A stretch of 64,000 bases of DNA from a virus. Lineage: Duplodnaviria; Caudoviricetes. A model generated the notes under the pieces. That model was given only the letters and a program-made list of their open reading frames with translations, was not told where the DNA came from and made no database searches. Below, one piece after another: positions 20,584-29,424 of the stretch (its first letter is position 1; every line of letters begins with the position of its first letter). The stretch lies in IMG/VR virus record IMGVR_UViG_2775506840_000002, positions 1 to 64,000 of that record; one strand, 5' to 3'. A program made the position numbers and the translations under genes.

Positions 20584-20817
20584 CTAATCCAATGGTACTA
20601 TTCTATATATCCTATTCCTTGCTTTTTTCTTACTTGATACTTCAATCTTTTCAACTTCATTTTTCCAAAATACTATTTGTTCTCTAATTTCTTTAAGATT
20701 TGCTCGTGTAAGCCTTCTCGAACCTATGGTGTATTCTTGTCCTGATGTTACAGTTAATTCAGCTTCTAACCATGCATTTAGATGGGTTCTTGCTTGTTCT
20801 AATGTCCACGCTGCCAT
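20584..20817 (-). CDS. Head completion gpW-like (DUF6148-type) protein
   Basis: GQEYTIGSRRLTRANL motif. Confidence 0.85.
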   Translation of the reverse strand: MAAWTLEQARTHLNAWLEAELTVTSGQEYTIGSRRLTRANLKEIREQIVFWKNEVEKIEVSSKKKARNRIYRIVPLD

Positions 20818-20950
20818 GATTTTCACCTTCTCTCAATATTTTTTTATTTATTTTAATACCTAGTTTCTTTAACTCATCTATACTACCCGTACCACATCTT
20901 AATGCTTTAAAACATTCTGATATAGTTACATTTTCCATAAATACCTCCAT
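20759..20950 (-). CDS. Small hypothetical protein
   Basis: RBS ggaggt before MENVT; lies between terL and gpW. Confidence 0.35.
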   Translation of the reverse strand: MEVFMENVTISECFKALRCGTGSIDELKKLGIKINKKILREGENHGSVDIRTSKNPSKCMVRS

Positions 20951-20962
20951 AAAAATAAGACC

Positions 20963-22792
20963 CTATAGGCCTTTTGATAATACTCTTCTTTTCTTCTTAA
21001 TTATTTTTTGCTCATACTTTGTTCCAGTAACACCTTGTTTTTTTAATAACTCAAAATTAGGATTAAAAATCTTAATAGCAGCTTGAGCATAGTTCCTTAC
21101 ATCTAGTGATTCATTTCTTATTGATGTACTCTTCTTTTCCCAGTAAATTTTCTTTCCTCTTTTTGTCATTTCTTCTACTTGTACCTCAGAAGTAAGACCT
21201 TTGAAATAATCCTCAGTATAACCTCGTATGTATTCTCCCTCTTCCCCCATAGGAAAATGGCAATATCCATCATTAACTCCACCTATATTTTCAAGCTTTA
21301 ATCTCGATTGTAACATTTCTTTACCATCATCTACACCAAGTATAAATAGTACTGCTTTATTTCTTTTAGTATATGTTTGATGATAGATAAGAGGAATGCC
21401 TACACCACCTTTACCTTTGATAGCATAAATGCGCCTATGCTCTCTAACTTTTGTGAAATCATAAACATCGGATGTATAGTGGCCTCCTGAGTCTATACAT
21501 GTACATGATACTCTTATTCCTGAACCATCTTTAAATCTAAATGTAGTTTGCAAATAATCATCTAACTGATCCCATACTGCCTTTTGTCCTGGGTCACCAT
21601 AGAATACTTTATATTCTATCCCCCAGCTCTCCTCACCAACACCCCATCCAACAATCTCACATTCAAGACGATTATCTTGTGTGTCTACTCCGGCGGTAAG
21701 AACTAATACATCATCTGGAACTTGTGCTTCATAAGTTTCCCTCCTATCTTTAATCACTTCATAATCAAGTTGCTCCTCCTTGGCTTTCTCATATGGCAAC
21801 CCTAACCTCGTATTAACAAATACCCTCATAAGTTCTTCTTTTTTCTTTGCCTTAACATATTCATCGGCTAACCTATCCCATGGTACCCATGGACTAGAAA
21901 AAGAAGTTAAATGAAAACCTCTTGTACGTCTTTCTGGATACTTAGCAATCCATTTGCCTTTTTCTCTTTTCCATTCATATTCAGTATGTACAGAACCACA
22001 GTAGGGGCACGTTAATGTGTAGTTGTTAGGATTAAATAGATCTATCGTAATAGCTACATACTCACCACATGAAATACATTTGTGATGCCACTCTTCTTGT
22101 GTAGACTCTTCATACTCAAATTCTATACGAGATTCACCTTTTACAAGCGGTGATGATACCATTACTACTTTTCTATTCCAAAAGTTTGATGTACGCCCAT
22201 CTGCTAATTGTGATGGATCTCCTCCTGTTCCTGCACTAGGTGGGTAAGCATCTACCTCATCCATTAGGATTACTCTTAATGGTGCAGAACGTAAACTTGC
22301 TTCACTATTTGCACCAGCTATTTTAAGCCATCCACCAGGAAACATCTTCATTAAAGTATTATTTTTACCATCACGCTTACTTGAATCACTTATCTTATTA
22401 GTTAAACAGGGAGTATCTCTAACCATACTCATGACACGTGTTTTTGCAAAATCCTTACATAAATCAAGTTGTGGCATTACATACATCATAGGAGATGGTT
22501 CTATATCTATAAAATATCCAAGCATATTCAGTAAGAATTCTGTTTTTCCAAGCTGAATACCACACATGATGACTGTTTTTTCTGTCCTTACATCACTTAT
22601 TGAATCCATCATTTCACGCTGATAAGGAGCTCTATCAGTATTCCACTTTCCTTTTTCTGCAGAAGCTTCATCAGAAAGCATACGATTCTCATCTGCCCAT
22701 TGTGATATAGTCATTTTCTTTGGCGGTGCAATCATTCTTACTATTTCTTCAAGTACTATCTTAGATAAGTTAACTTGCGACTTTTTACTCAT
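20963..22792 (-). CDS. Terminase large subunit (lambda gpA family)
   Basis: QLGKTE Walker A, LMDEVD Walker B, GVDTQ, DSGGH and RNESLD motifs. Confidence 0.95.
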   Translation of the reverse strand: MSKKSQVNLSKIVLEEIVRMIAPPKKMTISQWADENRMLSDEASAEKGKWNTDRAPYQREMMDSISDVRTEKTVIMCGIQLGKTEFLLNMLGYFIDIEPSPMMYVMPQLDLCKDFAKTRVMSMVRDTPCLTNKISDSSKRDGKNNTLMKMFPGGWLKIAGANSEASLRSAPLRVILMDEVDAYPPSAGTGGDPSQLADGRTSNFWNRKVVMVSSPLVKGESRIEFEYEESTQEEWHHKCISCGEYVAITIDLFNPNNYTLTCPYCGSVHTEYEWKREKGKWIAKYPERRTRGFHLTSFSSPWVPWDRLADEYVKAKKKEELMRVFVNTRLGLPYEKAKEEQLDYEVIKDRRETYEAQVPDDVLVLTAGVDTQDNRLECEIVGWGVGEESWGIEYKVFYGDPGQKAVWDQLDDYLQTTFRFKDGSGIRVSCTCIDSGGHYTSDVYDFTKVREHRRIYAIKGKGGVGIPLIYHQTYTKRNKAVLFILGVDDGKEMLQSRLKLENIGGVNDGYCHFPMGEEGEYIRGYTEDYFKGLTSEVQVEEMTKRGKKIYWEKKSTSIRNESLDVRNYAQAAIKIFNPNFELLKKQGVTGTKYEQKIIKKKRRVLSKGL

Positions 22793-23318
22793 CACTATCA
22801 ACCTTTGGCTCAATTTCATTTATATCTGTTTTTGATAGTTCTTCTAATGCTGCATAAATTTCTTTCGTAAGTATGTCTTGCACCGTTATTAAATTATCTA
22901 TTCCTACTATGCTTGGCGAAACTTTATTAGGTAGCGCTAACATCTTTGATCTAAAATTAATGATTAATCCAGCATATAGCTGTTTAAATTCCTCGACGTT
23001 AACCAAGTCACCCGTAAGCTGCATCAATTCAAGTTCTGCTTTTTTTCTTTTTATTTTTTCAAGCTTTAGTTTCTCATTTTCAGATTCCTTCTTGACCAGG
23101 TTAACATTTTTGTCTTCATTAATTTCTTCTATGTATTCATGATATTTTTGTAATGTTTCAATAAGCTTGTAACTTCCGTTTTTGTAGCGAGGTATTTTAC
23201 CCTCTTGAACCATTTGCCTTATCCTGCGAGGGTCAACTCGGAATATTTCAGCCAATACTTGTGTACCAACGATTGTATCACTATTTATTTCAGTCTTTTT
23301 TTGTTTTGGCTCAGCCAT
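22785..23318 (-). CDS. Terminase small subunit (Nu1-like)
   Basis: HTH LAEIFRVDPRRIRQM plus coiled coil; overlaps terL. Confidence 0.85.
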   Translation of the reverse strand: MAEPKQKKTEINSDTIVGTQVLAEIFRVDPRRIRQMVQEGKIPRYKNGSYKLIETLQKYHEYIEEINEDKNVNLVKKESENEKLKLEKIKRKKAELELMQLTGDLVNVEEFKQLYAGLIINFRSKMLALPNKVSPSIVGIDNLITVQDILTKEIYAALEELSKTDINEIEPKVDSDE

Positions 23319-23384
23319 TATTTGTATCACCCTTTCAGTAGACATTTTAGGAAGGAAACACCTTCTAAAAAAAAATTAGTAACT

Positions 23385-23445
23385 AGAGGAATATCGGGCC
23401 TCGCGAGACCCGCACTTCACCTAACTCCCTCACAGTACCTTTTAC
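23385..23445. other. Putative cos/packaging site
   Basis: GC-rich quasi-palindrome gggcctcgcgagaccc upstream of terS in otherwise AT-rich DNA. Confidence 0.45.
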
Positions 23446-23519
23446 ATTAAAAGAGGGCTCTATCAAGCCCCATTAATTACCTTTTAAACGACTAATTTAT
23501 TAACAAACTATTACCACTC

Positions 23520-23620
23520 TATTAATGTACACATAAACCCTTGTTCCTATTGCAATAACACTAGTTAATGTCAACATTAATCCCTAAAGTAAAGTAGTAA
23601 GTTAAAATACACTGTTACTG
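23520..23620 (+). repeat. Ori/iteron-like array copy 1
   Basis: About 21-bp units ending in attaatccctaaagtaaag; resembles reverse complement of 36300-36460. Confidence 0.65.
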
Positions 23621-23684
23621 CTTAAAAGTCAAGAACTATTTCAACACTCTTTAAAACAGAAAAAATTATTTTTAAAACAGTATT

Positions 23685-24494
23685 TTAATACATAGCTATC
23701 TTATCAATAGACTTATATAAAGTATTCAATAGTTCTTCTGTTATATTTCTAACTTCTTGGTATTGAGATATAACCTCACTCTCTATTTCATCATATCCAA
23801 ATTCTCTATTTATCTGAAGATTACCACATACACGTTCTAACTCTTTGTGACAATCTATTGAAAACCATTGATCAGCGCTCACTGCCTCTTCACATATAAA
23901 TCCATTCTTTACTTGATCCTCTAATTCATATATTTCTACATCTATTGTCGTCCAGTCAAACTCTTCTCCTCTATAAAAATGAATATATTTAATATCCCAC
24001 AGTGAAATATTTGTCATACTTTCCATTTGCAATAAAACTTTCCTAATCTTCTCTTTAAAATCATCTGACATGGTTACTTTAAGCTCATCATAGCCATTTT
24101 TACATAGATTAGTCTCTATATGTTGTTTGATAGAATAATATATACTTCTAGTTCCAGTTGCTAGTATTTTGTCATATTTATTTAAAAGAACTATATATCT
24201 CTCTAATTTTGTACGCATTTTTTTATTCAAGTATATCCTTCTATCTACGCTTATATATTTTTCTATTTCCCTTATGCTATCTGTAATCTCCATAGTTTCA
24301 GATTTATATACCTTTTCTAACTCTTTTCCTAGAGGTATTAGAATATCTTGTACTATCATTTGTTTATTTGCTAACTTAAGCTCATGCCTCTTCACCCTAA
24401 TGCTACTCATATAAGTTACTCCACCACCAATAACAACTCCTACCAACGGTAATGTAGCCTTAATAAGTTCCATAGTATCTTTTGTATCACTCAT
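23685..24494 (-). CDS. Hypothetical cargo protein with N-terminal TM anchor
   Basis: LPLVGVVIGGGVTY hydrophobic segment, RBS. Confidence 0.7.
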   Translation of the reverse strand: MSDTKDTMELIKATLPLVGVVIGGGVTYMSSIRVKRHELKLANKQMIVQDILIPLGKELEKVYKSETMEITDSIREIEKYISVDRRIYLNKKMRTKLERYIVLLNKYDKILATGTRSIYYSIKQHIETNLCKNGYDELKVTMSDDFKEKIRKVLLQMESMTNISLWDIKYIHFYRGEEFDWTTIDVEIYELEDQVKNGFICEEAVSADQWFSIDCHKELERVCGNLQINREFGYDEIESEVISQYQEVRNITEELLNTLYKSIDKIAMY

Positions 24495-24739
24495 TCCTAT
24501 ACCCCCTCGTTATTTTAACTAGAGTATAAAATATGTTTTATTTAAAGTAAACTATTTTCATTTACTCCCCTACATAATAAAAAGAGATAAGGCGTACACT
24601 CTTATCTCTCTTCCTCTTCTCCAAATAGCTCAGTATAATTTGGAAATACAATAGCTTCTTGTTATTTGTTGATAATACTATCTTAGCAGCCTCACCCCTT
24701 TCTTGATTATTTAAATGCGTACTATAAAGAATCTATGAA

Positions 24740-24850
24740 AAATTAGTTTTTGCAACATTAACTCTAGTTATTGCAACATAATGTATGCAATAATCCCTAT
24801 AGTAAAGTATATAGATAGTAAAGTAGTTAGCTAAAATACTACAACAACAT
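24740..24850 (+). repeat. Ori/iteron-like array copy 2
   Basis: gtttttgcaacattaactctagttattg matches the initiator coding strand gtttctgcaacaaaaactctagttattg. Confidence 0.75.
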
Positions 24851-24888
24851 TATTTAGTCAAGCTCTTATTAAAATAACTTTCAGACAC

Positions 24889-24997
24889 AAAAAAGCTACT
24901 AGGTTCACCAGTTCCTAATAGCTTTTTATACTTCAACTTAATGACGATTCGAAGGAAAATACAATGGACTTTGTAATGTTAGTACCTTTTGCTTTTA
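24889..24997 (-). ncRNA. Candidate structured RNA plus terminator, copy B
   Basis: Core 57/61 nt identical to 27285-27345, followed by the same terminator stem. Confidence 0.5.
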
Positions 24998-25024
24998 CAT
25001 ATATTATGAAGAACATGTGAAGAA

Positions 25025-25325
25025 TCAGTTTTTGCAACAAAAGCCCTAGTTAGTGTAACAAAAACCCCAATTAATGTTGCAATAACCCCTATTAATGTTG
25101 TATTAATGCAACATTATGTTGCAAAAACCCTAGTTAGTGTTACATTGAAGTATAGTTTTTACATCTTATCGTTACAAAAACCCTAGTTAATGTTACATTA
25201 TGTATGCATTAATCCCTAAAGTAAAGAAAAGAAGAGTAAAGAAAAGTAAAGTAGAAGAAAGCAGTAGCAAAAATAGTTTCTGCACCATTTTGCTACAATA
25301 ACTAAATACAGCTTGCCGCTACTTG
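25025..25325 (+). repeat. Ori/iteron-like array copy 3 (expanded)
   Basis: Several 21-bp units (gttagtgtaacaaaaacccca and variants), then aatccctaaagtaaag, an A-rich tract and aatacagct, colinear with the initiator linker. Confidence 0.8.
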
Positions 25326-25411
25326 CTATTTAAGCAATAAAAAAGAGCTATAGTAGCTCTTTAGAAATCACTCTCCGGTTATTACTTTAGTTCTTCCTGA
25401 TATTCTTCGCT

Positions 25412-26083
25412 TTATTGCTTTTCTTTTATTAATTCATCTACTGCAAATTCTATAGACATTAAATGTTTTATTCTACGTTTATCAAAGTAAAAGTCATGAT
25501 ATATGTAGACTATTGTAATAAGACTCACTATAATAATAAATACTCTATACATCCATTGGGAATTACTGATACTTTCCAACTCAGCTGTTAACTTATTTTG
25601 TATTTCATCTTTTTCTCTATATATTTTATCACGATTTTGAATATATGTATTAGTGTCTTTTTCTGTAACATACTTTATATCATTAATAACTTTCTTGCTA
25701 CTTTCATATTCCTCATTAATTTTATCTAATCGTTGTTCAAATGTTTTGGACTCGCTTAACTTTGCATTAAACTCATTATAATCTTGATATACTTGGGCCA
25801 TAACTATACCCAGTACAGCAACTAGTATAGAAAATGCACCTATAACTAGTGATGTAAGATCATTAGATTTACAGCTATCTATTTTATATGTGACAATGGA
25901 GTTTATCTTCTCTAAGTCTTTTTCGCGCCACTCATCTCGCTCATTTGATATTAACTCCTTGACATGTTGAATCGTGTCATCATTCAACTTAGGTTTCTCA
26001 ACTCTAATATTAATTTTTTTCTTTTTTTTAAACATCAACTTATCTAGTACGTTATCTGTAATACTATAATAATCGTTATTCAT
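25412..26083 (-). CDS. Hypothetical 2-TM coiled-coil cargo protein
   Basis: Two hydrophobic segments flanking a coiled coil; terminator at 25337-25362. Confidence 0.7.
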   Translation of the reverse strand: MNNDYYSITDNVLDKLMFKKKKKINIRVEKPKLNDDTIQHVKELISNERDEWREKDLEKINSIVTYKIDSCKSNDLTSLVIGAFSILVAVLGIVMAQVYQDYNEFNAKLSESKTFEQRLDKINEEYESSKKVINDIKYVTEKDTNTYIQNRDKIYREKDEIQNKLTAELESISNSQWMYRVFIIIVSLITIVYIYHDFYFDKRRIKHLMSIEFAVDELIKEKQ

Positions 26084-26238
26084 AATACCTCTCCTCTACA
26101 TCTTTAATAATTTTAATATTTTTTAATAAGTAATTAATTTATAAATGCTAGATTTTATATTAATTTACTTATAATTACTTCCGCACATCTATTTACTTGA
26201 ATATGCCCTTATTTATTTTAATATAATTATTTCTCTTA

Positions 26239-26958
26239 TTAAGATTTTTGGTTAACCACATTTTTATAATTATTTATAAAACGAGTTGTTTGTAATAACA
26301 AATTTTCATTTGCCTTCTCAAATTCAACAGGCCAAACATCTGAACAAGAATTACTATGAATATATTGCAGTGCTTCTATTAACTCTTTAGATTCACTCTT
26401 ATCTTCTAATAATATTTTCAAAGTAAAATATATAGCTACCGATTTGCTTCTATTAACAATTTCCTCACCCTTTTTCAAATTACTGTTTAGTACTTTTAAT
26501 TCTTCTATCTCTTCTGCGCTAAATTTATATGTACGGCCTTTTTTCTTCATTCCATGAATCTCTTGCCTTATACGTTCATTCTTCCTACATCCATAATAAT
26601 ATAAGTTTATATCTGAACAATACTCACCTATTAAGCTGGCAATTCTCTCAGTAAACTTTATTCGTGTTTCTATTTCTTGACTATTTTTATTTTCTTCTTG
26701 AATTTTTAGAGTTAAATGTTTATTTTCTTCTTGAATATTTCTAGTTTGATTTGTAGTAATTTTCAATACACTTAACGTCACTAATACGCTAAACATTGAT
26801 GGCATAAAACCTCCCCAAAAACCTATCCAGTCGTTACTTGTACTAATATTACTCATGCTTATATGTGTTGTTAGTAAATATACCAAAGCAGGAGTACTTA
26901 GCATTGTAATTATTATAATTACTATTAATATCTTTATATATTTCTCATATTCTTTCAC
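26239..26958 (-). CDS. Hypothetical membrane cargo protein
   Basis: Two N-terminal TM segments with DWIGFWGG motif. Confidence 0.7.
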   Translation of the reverse strand: MKEYEKYIKILIVIIIITMLSTPALVYLLTTHISMSNISTSNDWIGFWGGFMPSMFSVLVTLSVLKITTNQTRNIQEENKHLTLKIQEENKNSQEIETRIKFTERIASLIGEYCSDINLYYYGCRKNERIRQEIHGMKKKGRTYKFSAEEIEELKVLNSNLKKGEEIVNRSKSVAIYFTLKILLEDKSESKELIEALQYIHSNSCSDVWPVEFEKANENLLLQTTRFINNYKNVVNQKS

Positions 26959-27231
26959 TGTACCACTCTCCCTATTTATAATTAATAATGTGTATTATAC
27001 ATTTAATATTCTATTTATGCTATTATCATTTTTATTTAGATAGTTATACTCACCTTCATAAGTACTCAAATCATACCACCTCATATTTTCTAATATTTTA
27101 AGCTATAATCAATTATAGACTTCTAGGCATATAATTAATCACCTTAAATACACAAATTAATTTAAGGTATATTTTTTTAGATTTAAGGATTTATTTAGAT
27201 AGTCATTTATACTTACACTATTAGTTATATT

Positions 27232-27350
27232 AAAAAAAGCTACTAGGAGCATATACTTCCTAATAGCTTTTTTAATTTTATTTCCTTCAACTTAATGACG
27301 ATACGAAGATAAATACAATGGACTTTGTAATGTTAGTGCCTTTTGTTTTA
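27232..27350 (-). ncRNA. Candidate structured RNA plus terminator, copy A (late-leader)
   Basis: Duplicate of 24889-24997; starts just after the predicted promoter. Confidence 0.5.
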
Positions 27351-27359
27351 ACTTCGATA

Positions 27360-27430
27360 ATAGTATTCTAGCACTTGTAAGTAATACACTTCAACATACA
27401 TATTGCATACTTTTCATATATGTTTTGTAT
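27360..27430 (-). promoter_or_regulatory. Putative late promoter downstream of RinA/ArpU activator
   Basis: Minus strand TTGAAG-N18-TAGAAT with extended TG; short tatg repeats upstream. Confidence 0.5.
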
Positions 27431-27443
27431 GATTATTGTATGT

Positions 27444-27893
27444 TTATAGTATATTTATTAGTTCTAATATAACTGGCTTTCTTCGTTTTGCCATACCATC
27501 TTTAGTTATATCAAACACTTCTCCTGCTTTTTCAAGAGTGTATCTCTTGAAGTATATTAACTCAACTAACTTTCTTTCGTCCTCTTTAAGTAAGCTTAGT
27601 GCATTATCAACCTTTCTTATGTATCTCTCTTTATTTCTAAGTAGTCTATTCATATCATTAATCCTATCAGGAAGATTCTCTTCACGATCTATTACTTCAT
27701 TCTCTACATTTGAATTAAAGGCATTGGTTGCACTTGAAGGTTTAATCTTATTATTACCTGCCCCCTTTATGCCTACTACATCATTTAGTTCCTCTATATC
27801 TATTTTAATGTTTTCTATTTCAACTTTGACTTTTGGATAGTTATAGAGTATACCCTCAACTCTTGCATAATTATTGTCTTTTGCACCTTTCAT
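27444..27893 (-). CDS. RinA/ArpU-family late transcription regulator
   Basis: VEGILYNY and SNVENEV motifs plus C-terminal region-4-like HTH; position before packaging genes. Confidence 0.8.
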   Translation of the reverse strand: MKGAKDNNYARVEGILYNYPKVKVEIENIKIDIEELNDVVGIKGAGNNKIKPSSATNAFNSNVENEVIDREENLPDRINDMNRLLRNKERYIRKVDNALSLLKEDERKLVELIYFKRYTLEKAGEVFDITKDGMAKRRKPVILELINIL

Positions 27894-28028
27894 TTAAAAC
27901 CTCCTAAAATCGTTTCTAAGATGTTTTTCATATGCACCCATATAATTTATCATTCAACAATTTAAAATTAAATTCTAGTATAAAATCTTAGCCATACGCC
28001 CTATGTCTAGATATATGAGTTACTGTAA

Positions 28029-28211
28029 TCACTTTTTAAATGCTCCCCCTATTAATCCAATTAATGCAAAACCTATGTAATAAAAACTTGTTGTTAGTTG
28101 TACTTCTGTAAAAGTCTGACATACTTCAAGTACCATATGATCTACACCAAATAAGCTTAAAAGCCAAGCTACTATTAAACCGCCTATAAATCCTTCTAAC
28201 ATAACTCTCAC
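28029..28211 (-). CDS. Small 2-TM membrane protein
   Basis: Hydrophobic 60-aa ORF with RBS. Confidence 0.6.
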   Translation of the reverse strand: MRVMLEGFIGGLIVAWLLSLFGVDHMVLEVCQTFTEVQLTTSFYYIGFALIGLIGGAFKK

Positions 28212-28282
28212 CTCTATTAATCATACTTGTTCACAATATATGCTGACTCACGCTATTTACATACAAAATAAGATATCAATTT

Positions 28283-28438
28283 CTATTGTTTTAGCATGAC
28301 AACAACAGTTAATACAACAAGTGATGCATTGAACCATCTCCACTTCTTATCTCCATTAAATAAGTAATACATCCCAATAAATAATGTTCCCACTTGAATT
28401 AATGATCTTATAATTATTTCAATCATGGTTACTAACAT
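28283..28438 (-). CDS. Small membrane protein
   Basis: RBS gaggtgag before ATG at 28438. Confidence 0.5.
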   Translation of the reverse strand: MLVTMIEIIIRSLIQVGTLFIGMYYLFNGDKKWRWFNASLVVLTVVVMLKQ

Positions 28439-28683
28439 ACTCACCTCTTCAAAACTAATTTTATTAAATAGCTTCTTACATTCCATAACATTGCTCTTGC
28501 ATATTAGCAGCTACTATAGCTTTTGCTAGTGTCAAAACTCTCTCTCCTTCTTTTCTTTAAAATTTAGTACTAGTAGTAATTTTATTAAACTCAAGTTCAT
28601 ATATTTTATTAAAGACGTGTACGGGTTCCTTTTGAGGGGGATTTAGCATTGTATCTCACAGCGCTTAGAAAGGATGTGGTATA

Positions 28684-28743
28684 ATGCTAGAAACAATATT
28701 AGCCATTCTAGTTGTTACTCTTGTAATAAAGCTATTAGGTTAA
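28684..28743 (+). CDS. 19-aa hydrophobic peptide, type I toxin-like (MLETILAILVVTLVIKLLG)
   Basis: RBS agaaagga; start codon in a hairpin; cassette ends are an 11-bp inverted repeat. Confidence 0.6.
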   Translation: MLETILAILVVTLVIKLLG

Positions 28744-28841
28744 AATATTGCCTGGGGGATACACGTCTTTCTCTATGTTAAAAACATTTTTTATTGAATA
28801 CTTCTATTGAATACTAAAAAGTTATACTTTATAATAATTAT

Positions 28842-28962
28842 CAGATAGGTTTTACACTCCTAAATGTCTACCTATCTTAATTAAGTACCCCTGGCGATTA
28901 TAAAATTAAGATCCACCTCCCGTGGCATGTTATTATATCTATCTGCCAAGGGGTATTTTTTT
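28842..28962 (+). ncRNA. Candidate sRNA with exposed anti-SD sequence
   Basis: TTGAAT-N17-TATAAT promoter, two hairpins, T-tract, no ORF. Confidence 0.5.
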
Positions 28963-29038
28963 GCTCAAAAACTAATTTTATTGTCATACATACTATATTC
29001 TTTTATAATAGAACCTAAATATATAAAAAATAAAAAGG

Positions 29039-29314
29039 GTGGTTGCTCTGCTAAAAATGAATCTATTTAAACATTTTTTAACATGCTTATTTACTAAACC
29101 AAAAGATAAAAGACTTAGCAAAATTTTCTTCTATTACTTTTATATCCTAAACCTTATATGGGGAGTAATTGGATACATTTATAATTTATTTGTAGGAGTT
29201 GGATTTTTAGTAGCTACTAGTAACCTATTGCTATATGCCATCCTCCTACATCTTTTTAGACTTGATGTAATAATCAAGTTCTTTAAAGATATAAAGAAAA
29301 GTAATAAACCATGA
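29039..29314 (+). CDS. Small 2-TM membrane cargo protein
   Basis: Own TTGTCA..TATAAT promoter; opposite strand to phage early genes. Confidence 0.55.
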   Translation: MVALLKMNLFKHFLTCLFTKPKDKRLSKIFFYYFYILNLIWGVIGYIYNLFVGVGFLVATSNLLLYAILLHLFRLDVIIKFFKDIKKSNKP

Positions 29315-29424
29315 AAAAACTATTTTATCTGCTTAAAATTCTTTTATGCTCAAAACTTATATGCAATTGTTGCCTTACACAAGATTTGTTATAATAATTT
29401 ATACAAATATCGGAAGGGGATTTT

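Noticed and set aside
25025-25325. Possible CRISPR array
   Set aside because: Units are degenerate, about 21 bp, adjacent without unique spacers; no cas genes; better explained by similarity to the initiator linker
27436-27840. Plus-strand 134-aa ORF opposite rinA
   Set aside because: Antisense shadow of a well-supported gene
28484-28545. Short minus-strand frame LAKAIVAANMQEQC resembling the end of a phage cytosine methylase
   Set aside because: Too short to support; at most a deletion scar
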